Origin: the human T2T-CHM13v2.0 reference genome, Homo sapiens
Length of the DNA stretch: 64,000 nt
NCBI RefSeq assembly: GCF_009914755.1
Contig: NC_060925.1
Direction: 5' to 3' (one strand)
Positions within the stretch are counted from its first letter, which is position 1; the number at the start of each line of letters is the position of its first letter. Position numbers and translations under genes: made by a program. Under the pieces are notes generated by a model. That model searched no databases and was not told the origin of the DNA. It was given only the letters and a program-made list of their open reading frames with translations. Of the stretch, positions 31,026 to 47,270 are shown piece after piece.

Positions 31026-31070
<45 letters not shown>
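31026..31070. repeat. (TG)22 microsatellite
   Basis: Perfect repeat read directly. Confidence 0.98.
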
Positions 31071-31075
<5 letters not shown>

Positions 31076-32547
31076 CAAAACTGTCTGGGATGCCTTACAG
31101 AAGAGGTATCTTCTGTGTAGTAATGAACATAAAATAGAAAGAGACTGAGTAGGCAGCATTAAAATGTAGGTACCCCACAAATAAACATATTATTGTGCTT
31201 TTAATTCAGGAATGAGATCTGCAGCAATAACCAGAAAGCACCTGAAAACATCAGACGTGGATTATTTAGGCTGTTTAGGTGACCTAAATTATGCAGTATC
31301 TTGTAAGTCTTCTGAGGGAAATTTTTTTTTATACTATTTGATTATTTTCTCTGGAATGATTAATTTCCTGGTACACTGGAATATTTATTTCTCCTGCTTT
31401 CTTTCCCTCTATCCTTGGCTCACATCTACAGGTATAAGGCTCATGTGGAACAAACCTATCACGTGCTCTCAGACTTGAGTGGACAATGTTTCTCTGTCTG
31501 ATGTTTCTGGTCAAGATTTTGGAAGAGGTCTGTGCCCTCTAGTTCATACCTCCTATATATTATCTTTTAAAAATTTTCTTCTTTATATATGTAACTCTTT
31601 CTTCCTAATGTCACTCATCACTAGACTATATTTTTGTATGATTTAAATCTAATAACAATTTTTTCTTTTACATCTTTACTTAAATCATAGCTACTTTATT
31701 ATCTTTTTCTCTATTTAGAGATATGAGTTCCTTAAAAATCATAATAATTAAAGATTCCTTTCTAGCGGTTAATTTTTAAGCATGTTAGGGTTTCAAGAGA
31801 TGGGGGCATCTTGGTCACTTTTTGTTGTTGGTATTAAAAGCTTTTAGTGATATGAACCACCTTATCAAAACAATTTCCTATTACTAACATTCACTTATCC
31901 TCAGGTCTAGCTATTCTATTTTACTACCTACTATTCCCAGTCTCCTAGTTGCTTTTTACTGCTTCAACTTTTCCTTATGCTGGTCCTTCCTCCTGCAATA
32001 ACCTTCCCCTTTTCTCTACAAAATCCAAAACTTTTCATCGTTTAGGACATCTCAGATTTTCATCTGTCCAAAACCTTGTTTGATCTATTCCTCTGAAAGC
32101 TCACAGAATTTAATCTGTACCTTACTGATAGGATTGATCAGTAATCTATTACCTACCATAAGCTACTTGAGGGTGGAACCAGTGCCAGATTTAACTTGGT
32201 ATTTTTTCACAATGCTTAATGTTTAGTAGGTCCACAACAATCAATGTCACTTTTGTATGATTATTTCATCAACCTATCCCCTTTAAAAATATCTCATGAA
32301 TTCTTCAGTCTTTGAGTGTTCTCTGTATATTACGCTATAAGCATCATATTCCTGGCTCATCTTGTTGGTAAAACAGTGTATTTCTTTTTAATATCCCCAT
32401 TTAAACTGACTAGGGCCTGCCCTCAGTTTCCTAAATTTCTATTAAAAAGGGAAACTCGCTTATGCTATTCCCTTCTTCCAAAAATTTGCCCTTCCTCTTA
32501 CCCATTATCTGCCTGCTTTTGTTCATTCTCCAGTGCCTCCAGGAAGT

Positions 32548-32898
32548 TTTTTGGAAAACTTTTATTTCAGGTTCAAGGTTACATGTGAAGGTTAGTTACA
32601 TAGGTAAATTCATTTCGTGGGGGTTTGTTGCACAGATTATTTAATCATGCGAGAGTTAATCCCAGTACCTAATAGTTATTTTTTTGCTCCTCTCCCTCCT
32701 CCCATCTCCAGGCCCTCCCACAAACCCCAATGTGTTGCTCCCCACTATGTGTCCTTGTGTTCTCATCATTTAGCTCTCACATATATCTGAGAACATGTGG
32801 TATTTGGTTTTCTGTTTCTGCGTTAGTTTGCTGAGGATAATAGCCTCCAGCTCCATCCATGTTCCCACAAAAGGCATGATCTCATTCCTTTTTATGGA
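32548..32898 (-). mobile_element. Short 3'-end copy of an older primate L1 (about L1PA13-16)
   Basis: 'ttacataggtaaa...cagattattt...catgtggtatttggttttctgtttctgcgttagtttgct'. Confidence 0.85.
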
Positions 32899-34759
32899 TA
32901 CTGAAATTATATTTTGCCCAGAATTTATAGTTGTTATTGGCAGGAGGTTTGGTTTGTTAGGATCTATTCGGCTATTTCCAGAAGCTGAAACCCATCACAT
33001 TATTTTTTAAAGCAATCACTATTTCATTGTTCCTTATATTAGGTGTAACTACTTTGAGACAAACAATATTTATGCAATTAAGTAAGTCCTGATACTTTAT
33101 AAAATCTATATTGCTCTTTTATGGCCAGCTGCCTTTAATATTAATACACATAATGGATTGTTAATTTCAATTGAGATTTGCCAGATTTTTGACTTTCTTT
33201 TAGGGTCTATAGAAAATGTCCTAAATGACTTTGGCTCAATTCTTCTGTAATGTACAACAGATAAAATTAATAAATTCTGTAATATAATCTTTCATTATCA
33301 TCTCTGTCATTTTTGGCCTAAATTGTCCTTTACCAATAGACCGCACCCAAATTTATTTCATCTTTTGTTCTAACATACCTTCTACTTTTCTAATGTAAGC
33401 ATTTAAGTCTACAAATTTCTAAGTAACATATTATTTGCATTTCATAAATTTCAATATCATATCTTCATTTTTGTCTAATTCTTGTACATTTACAATTTAT
33501 TTATAATTTCTTAATTCATAAGCTACTTAAAAGTGTGATTTTGAATTCCAACATAGAATTTAAGAATTTTAAAATTAACTTTTAAGATATTTGTGATGTA
33601 TGAGCAAACAGTTTGTATGATGCAAATTCTTTGATACTTGCTTTATGCCACAATTTTTATAAATATTCAGGTGCACTGAGAAATACGTGTATTCTTTAAT
33701 CACGTAAATAAGAACTTATGTCCAATAATTCAAACTTATTGTGTTTTTCAAATATTCAGTATCTTCACTATTTTTTGGTTGTTTATTCAATTGAGAGAGT
33801 TGTATTGGAACTTTCCATTTTAATGATGGATTTGTCCATTCTTCCTTCATCAAAATTTATTTGCATAATTTGAGATTTATTATATGAATTGGGTTAATGT
33901 TATCATATCTTCTTAGAGAATTGAACCATCTACTTTTATGTAGTAATTTGTTCAACTCATAAAAGCATTTTTAAAATCTTTTTTGTCTGTTAATATTATA
34001 TTATTGTGCTTTTTGTTTAGAGTTGTCTGGTGTCTTTTTCCATGTTTACATTTTCAATTATTTTTGTTCTTATGTTCTTGGTACTTCTCTTAAACAGCAT
34101 AAAGTGTTTTTTTTTTTTAATTTAAATTCTGCAGTCTGGTTCTTTTATATGACATCTGTAGTTCATTTGTATTTATTATGAGTATTCACTTATTTTAATT
34201 TATTCCCAATATCTTTCTTTTTATTTTCTGGCCTTTGTTTTTTTACCATTGATTGAGTTTTGTTGTCATTATTGTTTGTTTTTCTGTCCTTTTTTTCTCC
34301 ATTCTACTAGTGTGAAAATTATACAGCCTATTACTGCTTTTTCGTGGTTAACCTTAAAATGTTTCTGTGCATGCTTTACTTAACAAACTCAGGAGTTAGT
34401 ACTTTAGCTCCTCCCCCAAGTAATCCAAGGGCCTTAAAACACTTTATTACTATCCCGATATATATGTTATTTTGCGTTTGAGATTTATTTACAAGCTTAT
34501 AAATTATTTGCTTATCATGCTTTCTTAGATCTTAAAAGTTCTTCCTGGGATAATTTCCTTTTCTAGTAAAATACATATGTTAGATATCCTTTAACATAAG
34601 AATGTTGCATAAAAATACTTTAAAAAATCATGTGCTGTATTTATTTGTCCCTTATTCTTAAAAATTATGATTTTCTGGGTGCAAAAGTAGGACTTGATAG
34701 CCATTTTCCCTCAGCAATTTGAATATATTGTTATTTTTAGTTTCTATTGTTGGTATTAA

Positions 34760-35225
<466 letters not shown>

Positions 35226-35523
35226 TAGTAAGTGGGGTTCATGTATCATTAATTCATGCCCTTTGTCAGTTCTAGAAAGCCATAAGCCATTAAAGCCACA
35301 CATTGTGTCTTTATTTTCTCTATTCTTTCCTTCTAGACCTGCAGTTAGCTTCATGTTAGACCTTTTCATTCTGTCTTCCATATATCTTAATCTCTCTTTA
35401 TTAGCTTCCATACCCTATTTTGCATTTTTCAGTTCAATTGCTTCTAACTATCTCTTCAGCTGTAGATAATGTGCTTTTCAACCCCAACCATTACACTTTA
35501 AAAAAATAATGATTATATACTGT

Positions 35524-35944
35524 TGATATGGTTTGGATCTGTGTTCCTACCCAAATCTCATGTTGAATTGTAATCCCCAGTGTTGGAGGTGGGGCCTGGT
35601 GGGAGATGATTGGCTCATAGAGGTGGTGTTCTCATGAATGGGTTAGCACCATCCCCTAGGTGCTGTTCTTGTGATAGTGAGTTATCCTGAGATCTGGTTG
35701 TTTAAAAGTGTGTAGCACCTCTCCCCTCACTTCCTTGCTCCTGCCCACACCACGTGAGACGTCTTGCTATCGCTTCACCTTCTGCCATGATTGTTAATTT
35801 TCTGAGGCCTCCCCAGGAGCCAAGCAGAAGCCACTATGCTTCCTATACAGCCTGCAGAACCAGGAACTGAATTAAACCTGTTTTCTTTATAAATTGCCTA
35901 GTCTCAGTTATTTCATTATAGCAATAAGAGAACAGACTAATACA
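35524..35944 (+). mobile_element. MSTA/MSTB MaLR solo LTR
   Basis: 'tgatatggtttggatctgtg...gactaataca'; TSD ACTGT/ATTGT. Confidence 0.92.
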
Positions 35945-37999
35945 ATTGTTCTAGCTATTAATTTTTAAATCTACCTAATTATGTGGGATAATCCCTATTG
36001 CATACTCATCATTTTTAGTCCATTGTTTATTTTTAAAAATATATCATACATACTTATTAAACATTATATGCCTAAGATCTACATTTGACGATCGCTGTGT
36101 TATTAGCTATTACCCTTCTATAATGTTTTCATATGTACTTGCTATTCTTTGATTTTGAGTCCAGTCTTAGTTGATTTTAATCTGTGCTAAACAATAGGAG
36201 CTAAAATTAATTATTGCTTCATTTAGAGATTTAATGTTTGCTTCATTTAACAACAACAGGAATCTTCTGTCTTTGAACTTCTTTGATCCTTTCCATTGAT
36301 TTTCCTGATGACTCAGATTCAGCTCCAACAACTTGCTGCTATCTCAAAGATTAGTCTTTCAATAACTGGCAGTTGCACTGATGACCACTTTGCATTATGC
36401 ATATATTTAACACTTATGACTGTTACTTTAATATTTTTGATACTGTTTTTGCTTGGGAATTTCCTTTATCTTCTGCAAACCTGTAATGTATAAAAATTAT
36501 AGTTAGTGGAAGACTTGTTATTTTGTAGTGGGAGAGCCCTTGAGAGTATTTAGTCCACCACACTGACCTAGCCTCTTACTCTTTTTTCATATTTTTTATT
36601 TCTTATGTTATTTTTTACATATAGAATACATACTTACTTTATTGTCTAAATTTGATATTTTCAAGTTACAATTTTTTCTGTTCTGATTTTGTTGTCTTTT
36701 GTTTTTGGTGGCTCACCCTCATAGTATCTTATTTCTTGACAGTTAGATGATTTTAGACTATAGTAATATTTCTTAAAACACTTTATTCCTAATAATTCTT
36801 TGAGATCTGTGAAGGAAGTATGTTCCTCAAAGAAGATTTGTGTTTGCTTATTTCAGGCACCTGAAGACACTACAAATATGAGCTCACTTATAATTAAATT
36901 CTTAGCTTAAGATTTTTCACATTATCCATATTGTGATATCAGCCTATAAAGACCAGTTTGAGGTCTCAAATTATCAAGAGAAATTTTTATCCCCATCTAC
37001 TCAGTGCAAAAGTTCAAGGGAATCAGTTTTCCTTTTAAGACCCTGAGGGTAATCTCTAGTTTTCCTTTCCCTGGAAACCCTAGTTTACATGAGAATCCCT
37101 GATTAAATGACGTGGCCTTCTATTACATTATAGATTGACCCCAAGCCTTGTCTTCCAATGTCTGTGTCCATGAAAAACAAAGTTCATGGACAAAGCTCAG
37201 GTTCTGTGGCTCAGCTTAGCTGATTTCACTTTGCTTTTGGTTATTTCTGAGTTTTCCTACTTTCTAGTTCACTGATACATGACAAATTTTAAAACGTATT
37301 TCTTCAGCATTTTTAGTTCTTTACAGTGGGAGTGTCCATTAGGGTATCCAGTTGCCAGACTTCCAGAAACAGAAGTCAACCTATTCATTCAGAAAATTAG
37401 ATATTTTTCCTAAATAGATTGAGCCAATATATTTAGTTTAATTTTCCTACTTGGTTGGCCAAGCAGTTAAAAAGTATCCAATCCATTTTCAACTGACAAT
37501 AGGGCAAATGCTAAATAAATAAATAATTATGTGGACTCAGTTTTGATTATCTTAAAACAATGTAGAGCTATCATTACATGTGACAAGATTTGGAGTCTGC
37601 TTTGCAAAGCTTATTTCATAAATAAAAATGACATTGTGTAAGAGGCAAGCTTAAAGTGTCAAGTCATTAAAATATGAGGACATAGGGAGAAGGCTATGTA
37701 ACTTTCAGAGTTTTTTGTACACTTGAACTTGGTGTTTAACAATCATAGGGGTTGAGGACATTGTTCTTTGCTGAAGTTGTGGGAAGGATGAATTGTGTAC
37801 ACACAGATATAGCGTATGTGTGTGCATGTGTGTGTTCATTATGTATATATAGTGTGTAGCATTTTATTCTTCTTAAAGATCAATTTGTTGGGGTTCTATT
37901 ATGTGAAGTTTTGGCACTATGAAGGGTGAATCCATAGTGGTCCTGCTCAAGAGATACTGACACATTTTTTAGGAAACATAAGATATACGCTCTTCCCCA

Positions 38000-39481
38000 A
38001 GTTCCCACCTTCACACCTGCAGTATCCTTACCCACGTGCTCAACCTTCTCATTTTCCCACAGATGAACTGTCTATCCTCCACCCAGAGGTTGACACTTCT
38101 GCCAACTGTCTACTCACACTCTCTTTTTAAGAACATTTCCCTATAAGTTCTCTGTTGTTTCTCCTGCATCATCAGTTTTTCTTCTTTAACTGGTTCATTC
38201 TAATTAGTTGGCATAAATGCTGTTATTTTTGTCCCCATTTTTCTCTATACCCCATTTTTTAGATCCCTATTAGCTAGTCTCACTTTTCAGATCCCTATTC
38301 ACAGGAATACTTCTTAAAAGAGTTCTCTAAGCTTTCTGTCTGCAATTTTCCTCCTCCTACTCTCTCTGAAGTTCATTTCATTGAAATTTCTGCACCCATC
38401 ATTTCAACAAAATTACCCTCTTAAGGTAAAAGATCATCTCCATGTTGCAGAACCAATGATTGGTTTTCAGCCTTCTTACTTAAGTAGTCTTAAGCAATTG
38501 AACAGTAATTAATTCCCTCCATCTTGAAGCATTTTCTCCACTTTGCTTCTAATGCAACACACTGTCCATTTCTTCTGTAGCATCAACTGCTTTTGCTGGT
38601 TCCTTTGCTGGTCTCTCTTTGGAATGTCCTAAGTTTCAGCCCTTCCTTCCTTCACATATCCTTAGGGATCTCACTGAATATCATATATTTAAATATCATC
38701 CAGATGCTGATGACTCCCAAATTTAAAGCTACAATCTTGTCTTCTCATCTCAACCCCAGACTGCTTTATCTAACTGCTGCCACAACTTCTCCACTAGATG
38801 TTTACTTGTCATAGTTAGCTTGGCATGCCTCATACTACTCTTGCTTGTTAAACCCCTTCCAACCAAGTCTTCTCAAACTGAGTAAATTACAATTCCATTC
38901 TTAGTGACCTTGTTTTTCTAGTTGTTTAGAGGGAACAAATAAAGCCAACTTGGAGTCATTAAACTTCTCTCTTTTCCTCACAAGATACATCTACCATATC
39001 ACAAAATCATGTTTTAAAATGTGTCTAGTTTTTACCATCTCTTTTACTACCACCCAGATCCAAGCTACCATCAATTTCTCACCTGCATTGTTGCAATAAT
39101 ATTTTACGTGGTCTTCCTACCTGTACCTAAAATCCATTCTCTCAACACAGAGCCAAGATGATTTGTCTAAACATAAGTCAGATCATGGCACTTCTGTGCT
39201 CTGAACCCTCCAATGGCTTACCATTTCACTCAGAGAAAAAGAAAAATGAAGTCCTCACAGCAGTCTATAAGGCTTTGCATGATTTTTCTTCCATTAGCTC
39301 CCTAACTTCATCCCCTCTCTCCTCCATGTGCATCTTTTCTAGCCTTACTGGCTTCTTTGCTTCATAGAGCACACAGAATCTTCCTTCAATTCCTAGTCTC
39401 TGTACTTGCTGCTTTATCTTTCCAGGACATAGTTCCACAGATCTCCCCTGTTATTAACTCCCTTGCCTTTAGGTCTTTGTT
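38000..39481 (+). mobile_element. L2a-like LINE body, host of the L1HS insertion
   Basis: 'gctgatgactcccaaattt', 'gatccaagctaccatcaatttctcacctg', 'aaccctccaatggct'. Confidence 0.75.
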
Positions 39482-39659
39482 CAAAGTGTTCTTTTTTTTT
39501 TTTTTTTTTTTTTTTAATTTTTTTTTTTTTTATTATACTCTAAGTTTTAGGGTACATGTGCACATTGTGCAGGTTAGTTACATATGTATACATGTGCCAT
39601 GCTGGTGCGCTGCACCCACTAACGTCTCATCTAGCATTAGGTATATCTCCCAATGCTAT

Positions 39660-39693
39660 CCCTCCCCCCTCCCCCGACCCCACCACAGTCCCC
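39660..39693 (-). other. L1 3' UTR G-rich tract (G-quadruplex-forming motif)
   Basis: GGGGACTGTGGTGGGGTCGGGGGAGGGGGGAGGG on the minus strand. Confidence 0.85.
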
Positions 39694-39736
39694 AGAGTGT
39701 GATATTCCCCTTCCTGTGTCCATGTGATCTCATTGT

Positions 39737-43587
<3,851 letters not shown>

Positions 43588-43623
43588 TTAGTTGATGCAG
43601 TTTCTTCCTAGTCTCGATGGTCT

Positions 43624-44640
43624 TTACATTTTGGCATGATTTTGCAGCGGCTGGTACCGGTTGTTCCTTTCCATGTTTAGCGCTTCCTTCAGGAGCTCTT
43701 TTAGGGCAGGCCTGGTGGTGACAAAATCTCTCAGCATTTGCTTGTCTATAAAGTATTTTATTTCTCCTTCACTTATGAAGCTTAGTTTGGCTGGATATGA
43801 AATTCTGGGTTGAAAATTCTTTTCTTTAAGAATGTTGAATATTGGCCCCCACTCTCTTCTGGCTTGTAGGGTTTCTGCCGAGAGATCCGCTGTTAGTCTG
43901 ATGGGCTTTCCTTTGAGGGTAACCCAACCTTTCTCTCTGGCTGCCCTTAACATTTTTTCCTTCATTTCAACTTTGGTGAATCTGACAATTATGTGTCTTG
44001 GAGTTGCTCTTCTCGAGGAGTATCTTTGTGGCGTTCTCTGTATTTCCTGAATCTGAATGTTGGCCTGCCTTGCTAGATTGGGGAAGTTCTCCTGGATAAT
44101 ATCCTGCAGAGTGTTTTCCAACTTGGTTCCATTCTCCACATCACTTTCAGGTACACCAATCAGACGTAGATTTGGTCTTTTCACATAGTCCCATATTTCT
44201 TGGAGGCTTTGCTCATTTCTTTTTATTCTTTTTTCTCTAAACTTCCCTTCTCGCTTCATTTCATTCATTTCATCTTCCATTGCTGATACCCTTTCTTCCA
44301 GTTGATCGCATCGGCTCCTGAGGCTTCTGCATTCTTCACGTAGTTCTCGAGCCTTGGTTTTCAGCTCCATCAGCTCCTTTAAGCACTTCTCTGTATTGGT
44401 TATTCTAGTTATACATTCTTCTAAATTTTTTTCAAAGTTTTCAACTTCTTTGCCTTTGGTTTGAATGTCCTCCCGTAGCTCAGAGTAATTTGATCGTCTG
44501 AAGCCTTCTTCTCTCAGCTCGTCAAAATCATTCTCCATCCAGCTTTGTTCTGTTGCTGGTGAGGAACTGCGTTCCTTTGGAGGAGGAGAGGGGCTCTGCG
44601 TTTTAGAGTTTCCAGTTTTTCTGTTCTGTTTTTTCCCCAT
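43624..44640 (-). CDS. ORF1: L1 ORF1p RNA-binding chaperone, 338 aa, open
   Basis: MGKKQNRKTGNSK...NHAKM; REKG, ARR and YPAKLS motifs retained. Confidence 0.97.
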   Translation of the reverse strand: MGKKQNRKTGNSKTQSPSPPPKERSSSPATEQSWMENDFDELREEGFRRSNYSELREDIQTKGKEVENFEKNLEECITRITNTEKCLKELMELKTKARELREECRSLRSRCDQLEERVSAMEDEMNEMKREGKFREKRIKRNEQSLQEIWDYVKRPNLRLIGVPESDVENGTKLENTLQDIIQENFPNLARQANIQIQEIQRTPQRYSSRRATPRHIIVRFTKVEMKEKMLRAAREKGWVTLKGKPIRLTADLSAETLQARREWGPIFNILKEKNFQPRISYPAKLSFISEGEIKYFIDKQMLRDFVTTRPALKELLKEALNMERNNRYQPLQNHAKM

Positions 44641-45546
44641 CTTTGTGGTTTTATCTACTTTTGGTCTTTGATGATGGTGATGTACAGATGGGTTTTCAGT
44701 GTAGATGTCCTTTCTGGTTGTTAGTTTTCCTTCTAACAGACAGGACCCTCAGCTGCAGGTCTGTTGGAATACCCTGCCGTGTGAGGTGTCAGTGTGCCCC
44801 TGCTGGGGGGTGCCTCCCAGTTAGGCTGCTCGGGGGTCAGGGGTCAGGGACCCACTTGAGGAGGCAGTCTGCCCGTTCTCAGATCTCCAGCTGCGTGCTG
44901 GGAGAACCACTGCTCTCTTCAAAGCTGTCAGACAGGGACACTTAAGTCTGCAGACGTTACTGCTGTCTTTTTGTTTGTCTGTGCCCTGCCCCCAGAGGTG
45001 GAGCCTACAGAGGCAGGCAGGCCTCCTTGAGCTGTGGTGGGCTCCACCCAGTTCGAGCTTCCCGGCTGCTTTGTTTACCTAAGCAAGCCTACGCAATGGC
45101 GGGCGCCCCTCCCCCAGCCTCGTTGCCGCCTTGCAGTTTGATCTCAGACTGCTGTGCTAGCAATCAGCGAGATTCTGTGGGCGTAGGACCCTCTGAGCCA
45201 GGTGTGGGATATAGTCTCGTGGTGCGCCGTTTCTTAAGCCGGTCTGAAAAGCGCAATATTCGGGTGGGAGTGACCCGATTTTCCAGGTGCGTCCGTCACC
45301 CCTTTCTTTGACTCGGAAAGGGAACTCCCTGACCCCTTGCGCTTCCCAGGTGAGGCAATGCCTCGCCCTGCTTCGGCTCGCGCATGGTGCGCACACACAC
45401 TGGCCTGAGCCCACTGTCTGGCACTCCCTAGTGAGATGAACCCGGTACCTCAGATGGAAATGCAGAAATCACCCGTCTTCTGCGTCGCTCAGGCTGGGAG
45501 CTGTAGACCAGAGCTGTTCCTATTCGGCCATCTTGGCTCCTCCCCC
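44641..45546 (-). promoter_or_regulatory. L1 5' UTR: CpG-rich internal sense promoter, plus an antisense promoter firing toward higher coordinates
   Basis: YY1 site CCAAGATGGCCG at 45536-45525; the most extended CpG-rich stretch in the window. Confidence 0.9.
45096..45311 (+). CDS. ORF0: L1 ORF0, 71 aa, antisense ORF in the 5' UTR
   Basis: MAGAPPPASLPPCSLISDCCASNQRDSVGVGPSEPG...VRHPFL; ATG at 45096. Confidence 0.9.
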   Translation: MAGAPPPASLPPCSLISDCCASNQRDSVGVGPSEPGVGYSLVVRRFLSRSEKRNIRVGVTRFSRCVRHPFL

Positions 45547-45558
45547 AAAGTGTTCTTT

Positions 45559-45828
45559 CTTAATGAGGTATTCTTTAGTTGTCCTATTTAAAACAGTGAC
45601 CCATACTCTCTTTCCCTCTTCCTGAACTCATTTATCTCCTTAGAATTATATTTTCTATAATTTACTAATTTATTTTGTATATTGGCCATCTCTTGTCACC
45701 AAAATATAGGCTTTGTGAGAGCACGGATTTTTATCTGTTTTGCTCACTACTGGATCTTTAATACATAGACCAATCTATGGCATATAGAAATCACTCTAGA
45801 AGTATTTGTTGAGTAAATGAATAAATGG
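45559..45828 (+). mobile_element. L2a 3' end, continuing 38000-39481
   Basis: 'gattttt atctgttttgctcact...gtatttgttgagtaaatgaataaatg'. Confidence 0.75.
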
Positions 45829-47270
45829 TCCTCAAATTCCCACTGACTCTTCAATCTGATATCCCTTTCATTCAGCACTCTCCAATGTCCACTTAGCTTA
45901 TAACTTAGGCTTTTTTACATAAATTTTAGTTAGAATAATACTGACAAATCTTTCTTATCTCAGGTTACTTCCTCTAAGTAGTTTTCCCTGTCCCTCCAAT
46001 CTAAATTAGGGAAGTCTGTTATTCTATAGAACCCTGTTTTTTCCTTCATAGCACTTGTGCATAAGACATCTCTATTTCTTTAGTTTCCATAAGCTTAGGC
46101 TCTCTGGCTTGTGTTATAAACTCTATGCTTTATGTTGACCAGAGTATGTCTCTTCATATTTAAAGGAAGCTTTTAGAATTCAATAACATTTCTCTTTCTC
46201 AAGAGCCTGGCTAAAAAAGCTATCACTTTTAAGACTTTATGTCTCTTTCAGACATTTCAATTGACTTTTTCATTTGATCTATATCTGTTTTGTCCTTGTG
46301 TAAACTATATAGAAAATTATGAATGGTGGGAAAAAATAATGGCAATAAGGAAGATAATTATCTTGCTACACAAAGAACGTGTGAGATATGCCAGGGACAA
46401 CATTAGGTGACAGCACCAACAAGGAGTGAGGGTGATCTACTGGGACATCAACTCTAAAAGAAGATGAAATTTTGAGAGGGTGAGATTAGCATTGAGGAGC
46501 TAGGAGAATAATCATGTGACTAATGAATTGTATGGTATAAGGTGAAGGAACTGTCATCATGGAAGAGGGGAGGAATGGGTTCCAGAAGTGCCCCATTAAG
46601 AACCACAGAAAGTGTAAGAAATTTGTTAGTATTTTGGAATGTATGGTATCAAAATATTGGGGCATGTAGTTAGCAGAGGAAAAATGAGCCAATGAGGAGA
46701 AGGCACAAATAACCTGGAGTAAAGTTCTGGGGAGTATAGACCTGAGTATTTTGTGCTGTGATCATAACTGGAACAAGTGTGAGGCAGGGTGAGATTGCCC
46801 TTCAGCTTCCCAGGCAATGCCAGGGTCCAGTTTGAGTGTTGGGATGGATGAAAAAAATTAATTCAAGAATCTTGGTTTCTGGATAACAAAGTTGAAATGT
46901 AGTAAGGACATTAGAGAACATGGGTGCAGATACGAAAGCAGGAACAATGAAAAGAATTTAGCTAAGAAACATACGGTTTAACTGTTTTCAGTTTTACCAG
47001 GCTTAAGGCATCCTATTTATAACAAATATATTTAATGCTCTCTTTATTATCCTTAAATGAAATTTAGGTAATATAAATTAATTTTGTGTATTCTTATAAA
47101 ATCAATATGTTACCTTAACAGATATAATAAATATAAAGAAGTATTAACAAAGTAAATTATAGAAAAACAATATGTTTCAATGTCTATACTTTTTTGAAAG
47201 ATCACATTAGAACAGCAAAATTGTTCCCCCAAATTTTAAAATCATGCTTCCTTCCTTGACAATTACTGGG

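Noticed and set aside
30833-31180. ORFs with CV or HT dipeptide repeats
   Set aside because: They are translations of the (TG)22 microsatellite.
39623-39625. Assignment of the full-length L1 to Ta or L1PA2
   Set aside because: The trinucleotide is ACG, not ACA (Ta) or GAG (L1PA2), and the G at 39540 supports L1HS.
46980-47270. Possible hAT-Charlie element split by THE1, with a TIR-like end near 49565-49582
   Set aside because: Too decayed to support by eye.
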